A DNA stretch of 37,471 nucleotides, from contig BDIP01000043.1 of the NCBI GenBank assembly GCA_003568945.1, forward strand, positions 1 through 37,471. The letters are read 5' to 3'. Below the pieces are notes generated by a model. The model was not told where the DNA came from, did no database searches, and saw only the letters and a list, made by a program, of their open reading frames with translations. Every line of letters begins with the position of its first letter. Positions within the stretch are counted from its first letter, which is position 1. Shown here one piece after another: positions 1 to 11,694 of the stretch. The position numbers and the translations under genes were made by a program. Source of the stretch: Kipferlia bialata. Its lineage: Eukaryota.

Positions 1-56
1 AAAGAAGGCCCCTTTTTTAAACCCCCCCCCCCCCCCCCGCCTGCCTCACCCCTCAG

Positions 57-1017
57 TGCCTATGACCTTGAGTCAGCCGGGCCCTGTCAGATCAAGAGAG
101 TGGCACCTGAGAGTGAGGTACGTGTTAGACGGGATACATATTGTATATATATATATATATATATGTCCCACCCATGTCTGTCCCACCCATGTCTGTCTGA
201 GACAGTGTCTCACTCCCAGAGTGAGAGGGGGTCTCTGCTAGGCGATGCTTCCTCCCATGACCTACACCACCACGCACCCCTGCACGGGCACGCACACTCC
301 TCACCAGGTGGGTGTGCTGGTGTGTGTAGCCAGCTAGTAACAGTGACGGAGGGGGAGCAGGGTATAGCGGGATCTGTCAGCGGTAGAGTATTGTATTTTT
401 TTGGTATCAATACCCACACGTATACGTATACCCCACCCCAGGCCACTCCCACACCCACGACCACCCATACCACCACCCCCATGACCACACACACACCCAC
501 GACCACGGGTCTCTGACTACCATGCCTGTATCCAGTGTGTGGGTGATGCTGATAGCCATGAGTATGCACGCAGTCATCACAGGTGCATATGTGTGTGTAT
601 ATGATTGTTATACAATGTATACACTTCTATATGTGTGGGTGTGTCTACTATATGTATGTGTGGTAGCCATGAGTATGCACGCCATCATCACAGGTGCATA
701 TGTGTGTGTATGTGTGTTTTACAATATATGTATATATTATATTGGGTGTATGTCTACTATATGTATGTGTGGTAGCCACTAGTATGCACGCCGTCATTGA
801 TGGTGGTCGGGTGTTTGTGTATGGACCCATGTATCAGTGTATTCACATGTATATATATGTGTGTATTAACCCCCAGGTGTTGCCACCGGTGTCAACTCTG
901 ACAAGGACTCTGTGATGGCACTGATGGTGGCCATCATAGCACACAAGTGGTGCGTCAAGTGTATACAGACATGGTCACTTGTGTCATATCAGCTCACATC
1001 CTATATGTCTCTCTCAG

Positions 1018-1051
<34 letters not shown>

Positions 1052-1952
1052 CACTTCCCCTTCTTACCCCCCTCTACCCCCAGGTGTGAGGTCATGGCAG
1101 TTGCCATCCCCATATCCCAGTGCATGACCCTGTCCAAGGTATGGCTGGTGGGGGTCTGGCCAGTGTCATCCTATACATCCACCCCCCCTCACCCTTCAGG
1201 CCAAGCAGTATCAGTATCGTATCATATTTGTATCATTATATATATATATATATACTATACTATATTGATACTGACACCCCAGGCCATGCAGTATGGCATG
1301 GTGTTCTTCCTCAGTGCCATGACACCCTTGGGCATACTCATAGGTACGTGGAATGCCTCACGTGTGTATATATATTGTTGCAAGTGTAATGTAGTAAAGG
1401 GAGGTATGATGCACATGCCTGTACCTGACCCCAGGTGTGATGGTGCAGATGTCCATCTCTGAGGCCTCCCTCGACTGGACCCAGGCCATAGCCACCAGTG
1501 CATCCGCAGGTGGGGGTGGGTGTGTTAGTGAGAGAGTGTGTGTATACATGTTCCTGTGAATACAAACACCCTAATCATTCTGATTATATTAACCCCAGGC
1601 ACTTTCACTTACGTGGCATATAAACATATATATATATATATATATATATATAGTGTTGTTGTTACATGTCACTGACCCCCAGGCACCTTCACCTACGTGG
1701 CCTTTGCCGAGGTGCTGATACCCGAGTTCAGCAGAGAGTATGACCAGACGGACAAGACGCTGTCCAGGGGCATCAGATACGCTAGGTGGGTGGGGGTGGG
1801 TACTAACACTGGGTATTAGGTCCATATACATGATGCACTCACACACACATATATATATTGTAGTACCCATACCCCCTGTACCCCTGACCCCCAGGTGGGG
1901 CATGGCCCTTGGGGGCACTCTGTTCATGGCCTGGGTGGCCACACTGGAGTAG
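57..1952 (+). CDS. ZIP (SLC39/ZRT-IRT-like) zinc/iron transporter, 3' part, multi-exon; 5' end outside the window
   Basis: Spliced exons give a His-rich loop (GHSHTHDHPYHHPHDHTHTHDHG), TM4 AMSMHAVITGVATG, TM5 VAIIAHKWCEVMAV, FLSAMTPLGILIG and SAGTFTYVAFAEVLIPE, ending WVATLE* at 1952. These match canonical ZIP motifs. Confidence 0.92.
553..810 (+). repeat. ~110-bp tandem triplication of the ZIP exon end plus 5' splice region
   Basis: TAGCCA(T/C)(G/T)AGTATGCACGC copies start at about 553, 664 and 773. The first two continue ATCACAG|GTGCATATGTGTGTGTAT. Confidence 0.9.
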
Positions 1953-1969
1953 GGACAGAGAGGGAGGGT

Positions 1970-2024
1970 TGAGAGAGAGAGAGAGACGAGGGAGAGAGAG
2001 ACGAGGGAGAGAGAGACGAGGGAG
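1970..2024 (+). repeat. GA microsatellite / GAGAGAGAGACGAGG x3
   Basis: Directly visible just after the ZIP stop codon. Confidence 0.85.
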
Positions 2025-3648
2025 ATGTGTTTTCCAGAAGATATCATTTTTATCTGTGCTTTACCCATACTAAGTGTCCCAACTATTAACCTGTTATTTA
2101 CGTAGAGTGAACACACGTATCCATACAATGTGTTTTCATACAACGTGACACTAATTTTCTCCACTATCAAGTGTTTTCAAATAGAGAGAATAGAGAATAT
2201 AACCAATGAGTATGAATGTGGACGGGCATATGAAGGCGACATAAGCTCTCTCGATGTGGCAAGGCATGTGTAGCCACGGAATGTTCCCTGCCCTTGACAA
2301 TGCCCGCAAAAGGGACTTCACAATTGCGATCCTTCTTGTCACACCTATTAGTACTGGAGAATGCCTAGCTGAGAGAGAGTGTGACAGGTGTTGTGCCACA
2401 CAGGACATGGACACTCTGTGATATATATCACCAGGCGTCGCCAGTCTCGGCGTTGACACCGTGGGTTGAGTGCCGTTTGAAGACTGTTCTGGATGGACAA
2501 GGATTGACCCACGGTTGATGGATGTTAGACCTCTCTTCTGTGCACCCAATAGCCAAGGTCAAGTAGTCAACACCTACCCTAGTATAGCCGGTAGCACAGT
2601 GTCTATCATTCATATCTGCATGGCTGGGCAGGATACCAGTGACAGAGGGTGTGTGCCAATGGGAGAGATAGACACAGAGGGGGAGGGGTGGGCACAGGCT
2701 GACACGGACAGGGGAGAGGGGACAGACACACCTGAGGTAGGGAAGCGGGTGGGATATACTGGCCTCAGTATCATACTAGTATAGGGTAGTCAGGGTCATC
2801 GGGTGAGTCTATACATAGCATATCTGTGACATGACTCCGAATCTTTCAGTATCAGTGTAACCAGTATGACCATCTAGGGGACTCGTGTCTCCACTACCCC
2901 TCTCCTACACTTGTCTTGCTGCCGTGGTGCCCATATGGACTGAGTCTCCCTCCCTTCACTTATATACGTATGTATATATTTGTATGTATACGCATATTGC
3001 AGAGATTGGAATGAAACCCTCATTTTTGAGTCGGAGACTTGAAAATCAACAGATTCCTAAAACACCTCTCTATCGACTGGTGTGAGGGCCTAGTGTCTAT
3101 ATATGTTGTCTATGTGATTTCATCTGGATGTGTTACCTCATATTATCCTTCTGGTGTGTTATGAGGGAGTGGGGATGTATATATATGGATATATGACACT
3201 TTTTCGGTTCTTCTCCATTATTCAGCTTTCCAATGCCGTCTCTCCGTAGTATACAGTGTTTATATGGCTGCGGATACACTAGGTGGTGTTTAGTGGTCGG
3301 ATAGAGTCGTATTAGGGGTATATATGAGTCATATATGGTCTAGTCCCTCTTTCTGCAGATTAGGTGGTGTCTTGCGCATGTATATATTGGCTTTAGGTGA
3401 TATATAGCCATTGTGTACAGGTATATACGTGGATACAGATTATCTGCGGTGTATTAGCCCTCCTCTGACTTGCACACTCATTGCAATGTCTGCAATGTGC
3501 CTTAAAATGATGAATATAAGTTGCAATGTTTGTCAAAAATCCGGTTCATTTCCTGTTGTTTTTCAATCTGTTTGTGAATTCTGGCCATCCCAATTCAATC
3601 TCTGCAATATCAACATGTTAGAGTATTTTATACCAGGGCTATGGAGAC

Positions 3649-5397
3649 ATGACTCCAGAGGAGTTAATAGAGGCCCTGGCAGTCTCTGAGAAGAGAAACA
3701 GGACACTGCGCAACCAGAGGGTAGGTTAACACCCATATATGTATATTTAGTTAGTCTGTCCACTCTTTCTAACGTGCAGAGGGTATGTTTACGTATATAT
3801 ACTATTGTTATTGGATATGTCCTTTTGACCTCTCTTTCTAATATGGCAGAGAGCCGCAGAGAGAGAGAGAGACGAGACCGAGGAGGAGGCCATGGCCAGT
3901 CGGGCCAGACACAAGAGGCAGATGGTGCGGGAGTGTTCATACATATACATATATTAAGGTGATATGTATAATGTCTTAGGCAGACAGTGATGCCGTATGA
4001 AATGATTGGTATAGATATGTGTGTGTGCGTGTATGCATACACTGATATACATATATACATACAGTATTTGTATATGGTTTGACTCATCCCAGAAGGCCCT
4101 CCAGAAGCAGTTGGATGAAGCTCCACTGACATGTGGAGATGCAGAGAGAGAGGGAAAGAGTATTGCTCAGATAGAGTCTCTACAGAAGGCATTGCAGGAT
4201 ATGGAGAGTGAGAGAGACGTGGCCTTGAGAGAGGTTGTCTCCATGAGTGGGAGGATAGATACCCTGACCCAGGAGAAGGCTGGGTGGAAAGCAGAGAGGC
4301 GGGATCTCTCCAAGGCCTATGCGGCACTGGAGGAGTTGCTGGAGAAGACCAAGGGGGAGAGAGACGCCATGGTTGGTGAGGGGGCCGAGCTAGTCAAGGA
4401 GTGTGACACAATGAGAGAAGGGTGGACAAACATGCGTGATGAGTGGTACAAGATGAGGGACGAGAGGCAGGGGCTGTTATCCAACATCACAGCCCTCAAG
4501 GTCCAGATTGGGTCACTACAGGGGTCTGCTTCGGTCAAGGGGGTCATTCAGCAACAGAACACCATTCAGACACTCTCCCAGGAGAGGGATGCTCTGGCAG
4601 ATAGCCTCAAGAGACTCAAGTGTACACAGGCGGCACATGTATCCAACACCAATGAGCTGGAGGGGAAGCTGACTGCAATGCAAGCAGAGAGAGACACGCT
4701 ATATGCTGGCCGCTCACGCATGGTACTCAAGCTGAGTATCGTGACAGGGGAGAGAGATGCAGCCATTCAGAAGGTTCAGCAGCTGCAGGCAGAGCAAGTG
4801 AGTGATTTACTAACTCTAGTATGATTATGAGTCTTGTATAAGGTACACTTTTTCGTTGATCCTGTAGTAGTTTCCATATAGTATATGTAGTGGCTCCATT
4901 GACACTCATTTACCCTAGGAGCTGTTTGCACCCTCACCTAGCACCAAGCGGACAAGGAGGGGCAGGAGGGCAGGGCAGAAGGGAGAGAGAGAGGAGGACC
5001 TCGTCAAGGTGGAGGTAGAGGCGACCCCACTATCAGACGAGACTGCATCGCAGGATGCCCTTGCATCAAGACGTCGAGTGTATGAGAGGAGGCGGTTCAA
5101 GATGCCTTCCAGTGAGGATGACACCTCTGATACATCTGGAGAGAAGGCGAAGGAGAGAGATGATTGCGACCTGAAGAGAGAGCCGACCCCTGTGCTACCC
5201 GACCCCACTAAGCTAGACCCCACTGTCGAGTTGTCTGCAAAGGAGAGGGCACCCCCTAGGCCCTTTCCACGGGGCAAGTGCTGCAAGGGCAACTGCCTCA
5301 AGAACTTCCCAGCCAAGATGGGCAAGGATCTGATGATGAGGCTCTCCTATACAGAGGCGTACTTCACACCCGATCCCCAGGTACCGGACAATACCAC

Positions 5398-5428
<31 letters not shown>

Positions 5429-6970
5429 ATACACCCTTTCTAACTCAGGTCAAGCTCGCCCTCCGCTCTGACTTCTTTGTGACCCATGTCTACGATCAGG
5501 AACAGGACGAGTTCAGGGTGCCCCTCTGCCGCACGTCGGTCTCCAGGGTAGGAATTGTAATAGAAATATAGAATACTATTCTATGTTTATAGAAATATAG
5601 AATACTATTCTATGTTGTATTCTATCTCTATATATTCATCTGTATATTTATATATATATATATTATTATTGTTATTATTATATATATATATTTGAATTAT
5701 TATTATATTATATATATATATATATATATTTCTTAATCCTTACTCCAAGGTCTGTGGGGCCAGTTGCAAGGAGTTGCTAGACTATGCAGACACCGACCTC
5801 TCCAAGTGTCCCCCTGGGACTAGGCATGCAGGTATCGCTATCTTAGTCTATATAACGCCAATCTGATACAAGGGGAAGATGTCCCAGTGGTATATGGCAG
5901 GTGGGGCAGCAGGAACTTAAGGCTCAACAGACGTGGACACCAGTTTGCCCTCAACGGCTCCCGTGGCTGGATTGTCAAGCAGCTCTACATCCACACTGAG
6001 ACTGGGGTGCTGACACTGCCCAAGAGACAAGTAGCATGGGCCACGAGGTATCGATATCTGCATCAGTACTAGGCCTAGTATATATATATTAGTATATATA
6101 TGTATATATGATATTGGTTGGACACATGTATACATGTACATATGTAGGTGGCATGGGCCACAAGGTATCTATATATTGTATATATAGATAGTATATATAC
6201 TTGTAACACAGTATCATGGCATGGGCCACGAGGTATCATAATCTGCATTAGTTTTGATATATTACAACTATTATGGTTCAAGGTGTCTATCTATATACTG
6301 TATCAGTCTCAGTACTGTAACATACTGGAACACAGTATCTGACAGAAGGGCCTCCCCCAACCTGGTTGCAGAGGTGGAGGCAGATGCACTGGACAAACTG
6401 AGGACAAGGGGGCAGGTATGTATATTTCATATCGTATTTATAATTGTCGTATGTAAATTACTTATGTCATACTATATAGGCCTATGTTTATGATACGGAT
6501 ACTGGTTTTTAGGGCAAGGAGTCAGGTGCAAACATTAGATTTCTCACCAGTCATATGTCTATATTTTATATGTTGTGTTATATAGAGTATATAGTATATA
6601 TTGCCTGTATTGTATACACTGACCCAGGTCTTCACCGAGTCTGACGATGAGTCCTCTGACGATGGAGAGGCCAATCTTCTAGCACTGGATGACACAGTGG
6701 CTGGGGAGGGGGAGAGAGGGGGGGAGGCCCTACAGGAACAGGTACTGCGTTTCAGGAGATATATATATATGTGTGTTATGCATTATACTCTCTCACTCAC
6801 TTATAGGCCACACCAGTTGCTGTATCAGTATCACAGCCTGTCCCCACCCATGAAGACACCAGACACAGAGAGAGTGTTAGAGAGAGAGAGAGTGAGAGAG
6901 AGAGTACTACACAGACTGAGCAGGATGTCAGACAGAGACAGCAGTGGGGGGCACTGCTACAGGGCAACAG
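3649..6970 (+). CDS. Multi-exon hypothetical protein: long coiled coil, then a Cys-rich region and an acidic tail; both ends uncertain
   Basis: In-frame GT-AG exons: 3649-3720 MTPEELIEALAVSEKRNRTLRNQR; ~3851-3923; 4093-4797 heptad-rich coiled coil; ~4918-5380 with CCKGNCLKNFP; 5449-5547; 5750-5831 VCGASCKELL; ~5873-6047; ~6337-6415; ~6628-6741; ~6808-6970. Confidence 0.6.
5560..5616 (+). repeat. Intronic 28-bp direct repeat x2 with an internal hairpin
   Basis: ATAGAAATATAGAATACTATTCTATGTT occurs twice. Each copy contains the inverted repeat ATAGAATA-C-TATTCTAT. Confidence 0.85.
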
Positions 6971-7937
6971 GTGAGAGGGTACATATATATATTTGTGTTT
7001 GTGTGTACATGCTCTTTCATACTATTAGAGCCTAAATGTGTTCTGCTCTAGGACAACAGGTGAGGGTGTACATAGTGCTTCACAATATTACAGTGGAAGT
7101 GTTCTTATCCACATTCTGCTCAGCTGTTTTATATATACTTACCCGACAGGCGGCGGAGTCCAAGGATATCTAGCACTGGTTCAACTCCCGTCCTTATGGA
7201 TAGACATCTGTCACAGGCACCTGGTCCAACTGCAACAAGGGGCCAGGTGGGGCATATACAATCATATTTGGATTCTTACCTACTCCATCAGACAAGCCAG
7301 TATCAGTATACATGTAGATACTATAGTATCAGTATATATACTGATACCGATACTGATGCTAGGTGAGTACCCCTCGCACCCCTCGTCCTGGCTCTAAGAG
7401 GACTGGGTCCACAACCACTACCGATATGGCCAACTACCCATCTCCTAAGAGGCGCCCTTGGCAGATGCAGTAGAATAACCACGCTGACTGCAATGAATCA
7501 TAGCTGCAATGTTGTCCCACCCCTAGAGCATTATGGTAGGGACTGATGCACGTTGACCCAGTTAGATGGAACGACCTCTGCCATAGACCCTATTTGTCTC
7601 CAGTTGTTTGAGTTGAAGCACATAATAATCAATTGACAGATCGATACTCTCTTCTAGAGAGTCTCCTGGTATATATTATATTATCATTGATAATTTTGTA
7701 CTGCTGCCCATGCTCCACATTGGGTGGAGTAGAATATATCAGGGACACGTACTTTCGGCAATACGACCCTCACTGTCAGTTCCATGTCTGTAAATCTATT
7801 ATCTCCCTTTCCGTGCCAAGCGATGCTTGGGACGCAGTTCCACCACTACTGCATATCCCACTCACTCACACCTACACCGATACTCTAACCATAACTGTAG
7901 TACAGTCTGTACCCCTCCGGGTATATTCCTATACCCC

Positions 7938-10023
7938 TCAGTGCCTGTGCCTGCCCACCCCAGCTGCCCTGTCTGCAGGGAGTGTCTGCTCCCTCTCTCT
8001 TGCCTTGTCCCGTCTAGCCCTCTCACCCTCTCTCTCCACCCACTCCATCTTACTCACGGGAACTAGTCTCTCTGCTGTCCCGACCATGATGAACCAGTAT
8101 CTGGTGTGAGACAAGAGGCAGTGTTTACTACCATGAGAGTACTATCATGTCTTATGGTGCCGTGTTGGGATATTCAGTACGTATGTACCCACCTGTCTGA
8201 CAGAGCCCTGACCTCATACTCCTCGCCCACAGTCAGAGTGAGGTCCCCTCTGGGGCTTGTGTACTCAGACAGAATCCTAAGGTTAGGTGATGGCACATCT
8301 CACAGAGAGAATCACGATTCGATGAGAATCCTGACGACAGAAGTCAACAATGGCTGCATGTAGTACCTTCAGTATCTCAGTATCAGTATCGTACCTTGCC
8401 CTTCCTGTCACTGAGCGGATGTGCGGGAGTCGGGACTCGGGAGGGTGGCTTGGGAGAGCGTCCTCTAATGCCTCAGGGAGACGCTCACGGTTCTGTGGGG
8501 GAGAGAACCCGAGTGGAGACTCTGAAAGGCTCTCTGAGAGGGGAAGAGAGGCCCTGACCTGGGTCAGTCATGGGGTATACAGACATATACATAGACAGCT
8601 GACAAGTGCAACACAGTAGTTCCCAATGACAGGATACAAACGTTGATTTCGTGTACCTGTGGGAGGGACAGACCACCAACACCGCCTGCACTGACCACTT
8701 CACCTCCAGTCCCTCCAGTCCCTGCAGTAGTGGCAGTCTGGGAGGCGAGGTCCTTGAGGGCAATAGGATCGTGGTTGGGGATCTTTACCATGAGGTTGCC
8801 GATGACCGTGGCAATGTCCTTGGCGTGGAGGTTGTTGTGAGTGTCTGCGGCCTCCCTGATCCCCTTATAGCACTGTATGGCTCTGTGTGCAGTGGTGTTC
8901 TCCCTAGGGTCAGAGGACTGTATTCAATCTCACATCCTATATAGTGGACTCTACAGTGTATAGTCTACTCACTTGATGGTGCCACCGTTCTGGACAATGT
9001 CACAGATCCTCTTGTCCCTCCTCTCATCCAGCGCCCTGTTGCCCCTCTGGCTCTTGAGTCTGATGTTGCAGTTGTCGTTGAGAGCACGACAGAGGGCCTC
9101 TGTAGCAGCACTGGTCTGGGGTCCACCTGTTTGGGCCAACACTGCCCTGGCTACACGGTGGGAGCACTTGTGGGCAGCCTCTGTCCCCTGCCCCTTGTCA
9201 CCGTGTCTCTTGGGGTCGAGGCCTGGAGGTGAGGGGATGCGTTGAGTAGGTGAGTGTGCCTTCATTCAGTAGTGGTGAATGTGTATATTAGAAGATGCAT
9301 AGGATGGGTGCTGCAAGCTTAATGTATATGTGTATTAATATGTATACCTGAGGAGCATATGGGGTGGGACCTGGCAGTCTCGAGGTACTTGATCTGGACG
9401 TACTCCTTGTGGCCAGACTCAGTCTCGTAGTGCCAGCCGCCCTTGGGGCCCTTCTTGAGGTCGGCAGGGGAACGGCGGGGGAATGTTAGGACAGGGCCCT
9501 TGGAGGCGGGCTTCTTGGTAGGCTTGGCACTGGGCTTGGATGTGACCTTAGAGGTGGGCTTCTTGGTGGGCTTGGCTGTTGGCTTGGGTGCTGACCTTGA
9601 GGGTGCACTACGAGAGGATGAGGAGGCGGTGGTGGAGACGTACTCCTTGGTGCCGGAGGGGGTGATGTAGTAGTGTCCCCCTCTAGGACCCTCGTGGATG
9701 GGAGCTGGTGCACGCCTGCTGAAGGTCTGGGAACCAACGACGGGGTCAGGGGTGCGTGATGAAGTAGAGGCAGAAGGGGCACGTGGAGCGCTGTGTGCGG
9801 TAGAGGAGCAGCGACGGTCTGGTACACCGCCTCTGGTCATGCCCCCGTGCTGGGTGGGCTGCCACCTAGAGGCACTGGGGGCAGGGGCGGAGTATGAGGG
9901 TGCTGAGCTAGAGGAGCCACCAGAGTAGGAGGAAGAGCCCCCTGAGTGGGAACTGGAGCATCTACCGTCGGGTGCGCCACCCCGGGTCATGCCCCCATGC
10001 TCGCTAGGCCTCCAATTTGCCAT
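7938..10023 (-). CDS. ~527-aa, 6-exon protein: 2x GGMTRGGxPDxRC repeat, 2x PBCV-basic-adaptor-like motif, HNH/His-Me-like motif, C-terminal SH3-like domain
   Basis: Exons 10023-9348, 9222-8973, 8903-8657, 8558-8395, 8276-8193 and 8100-7938 join via GT-AG with consistent phases into 1584 nt with no internal stop. Motifs: IHEGPRGGHYYITPSGTKEYV; LKKGPKGGWHYETESGHKEYV; EAAHKCSH...ALNDNCNIRLKSQRGN; ARILSEYTSPRGDLTLTVGEEYEVRALSDRYWFIMVGTAERLVPVSKME. Confidence 0.78.
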
Positions 10024-10334
10024 GGCTAGCACTAAAGAGGTTGCGTGCTGAGATACTAACGCGACGACTTGCGAACTCAATATCATCGAGTTTAGGGTCA
10101 AGATGCTATCAATACTGAGGATATCACTTATACGACTAGGTGATCTCATCAGCGAGTTCGTGGCTTACAGCCTGTAAGTTACAGGGCACCCCCTATACAG
10201 TACATCACAGAGTGATGGTGTCACCATTTGATAGCTTCAGTCTGCATATGTGCAAACCAGGGTCACAAGAGTCCTATCCTCTATCAAACACACATCACAC
10301 CTAATGGGAGCATTTACCAGTCACAACACCCCAG

Positions 10335-11230
10335 GGCGTGCCGAGAGGCTGTCTATCCCCCCTCAAGCCCATGCTCTGTCAGGCCTCCCCGCCTCTCTCT
10401 GGGATGAGATGTTTCCTTCACTCAATGGTCTCATAGGTAGTTTTCAGTCACGATTCGTGACTCACGAATATGAAATACCTCTACAAACTGAATACCGCTG
10501 ACACGTATTCCAGTCAGGCTGCCAAGAATAGCATATACTAATACATCAGAGAATAATACATTCTGTGCTCTAGCTATCCCAAGTAACGGAAATACTGTAA
10601 ATTATTGACCAAAATTTCTCCAAGTCTAACACATCAGATGCCATAAAGTCGGAAACCTGTGGTTACTGGCAAGCGCAGACATTCTTCATGTTGGGAGATA
10701 GAGCGGTATACAGAAACGTGATTCTGTGCCAATGTGGCAAAGTTTGTGTGGCTTACAGACACACAAGAGGAGGATTTGCACTCAGAGAGTTCATGAAGAC
10801 GGGTGATCCCGACCACAGGCATGTATTCATGACATTTAGTAACTTTTCAGCACTATCCTCGCTGTCCTCACGTTAGAAGTATCGGCTCTCACAGCCCTTC
10901 ATGTGATTGTGCCGCTAGAGGTGTAGCACTGTTTAGTCGTTCTGTAGCGACGTCTGGTGTACCTCTATCACTGTGGGGTGAGGAGTTTGGAAGCCTAAAC
11001 AGTCTCCTAGAGAGAATGGATGAGGTGTGTTCACAACATTTCACATACGTTGTATATGGTTGTCCTGTAACTCTGTAACTGTTTGACACAGATACATAGT
11101 AGTACTATGTACCACTGGTACATCAATAATTGACTTACTGGATGGATATACTGTTCACTCTCACCTGTCAGATAACTGACGGGACCTGGGAGGTCAGAGA
11201 AAATTACAGGTCTGGGACTGGGACTGAAGG
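10335..11230 (+). CDS. Putative multi-exon hypothetical gene (or two tandem paralog fragments) with a repeated motif
   Basis: Exon-like blocks bounded by splice sites at 10335-10436, ~10638-10818 and 10895-11024. Two of them encode SGLPASLWDEMFPSLNGLI and SGVPLSLWGEEFGSLNSLL. Start and stop not resolved. Confidence 0.4.
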
Positions 11231-11694
11231 CAAGTCACGTCCACAGTAATTGTTTTATACCACCACAGAGTGATTCTAGACCTATATGCACCTTCATATT
11301 TGCTTCACTAAGTATCTATACACCATATATAGTGAAGAGGTTGCAATATATTGTATTCACTTTCAGTAGGGACAATATGGTGCGCCGCGTGTCACAGTTG
11401 CACAGTGGGGTACTCGCAAAGGGGCACATTCCAACTGAAGGGCTTCATGACAAACAGATACAGAAGGTCAAACAGTGGTGTCTGTAACAGACACTTCAGA
11501 CACTGTCCTGTCATGGAGAGGAAGAGACAAGGTAGTGTCTACGGTAAACACTGTCCCCCTCGATTGTCATATTCTTGTCGCAAGACTATATCCCAAGTCT
11601 GACTCACTAAGGCACCTGTGCAGATGTTTACTGTCATCGACTGTTACTACGTGGAGACGATACAACGCAGAGGAGAAAGTACGAGTTACTGACT

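Noticed and set aside
553..810. Regularly spaced repeats (also 14297-14513 and 6031-6236) resembling a CRISPR array
   Set aside because: The repeats are degenerate exon/splice-site copies with low-complexity spacers, the context is eukaryotic, and no cas genes are present.
56..2170. Many short ORFs rich in YIYI/CVCV/SLSL
   Set aside because: They are translations of intronic (AT)n, (GT)n and (CT)n microsatellites or antisense frames of the ZIP gene.
2500..7585. Weak similarity between TTGACCCA..GATGGA..GACCTCT at ~2503 and ~7553 as possible element termini
   Set aside because: The match is short and gapped, with no TSD and no recognisable transposase or reverse transcriptase between the copies.
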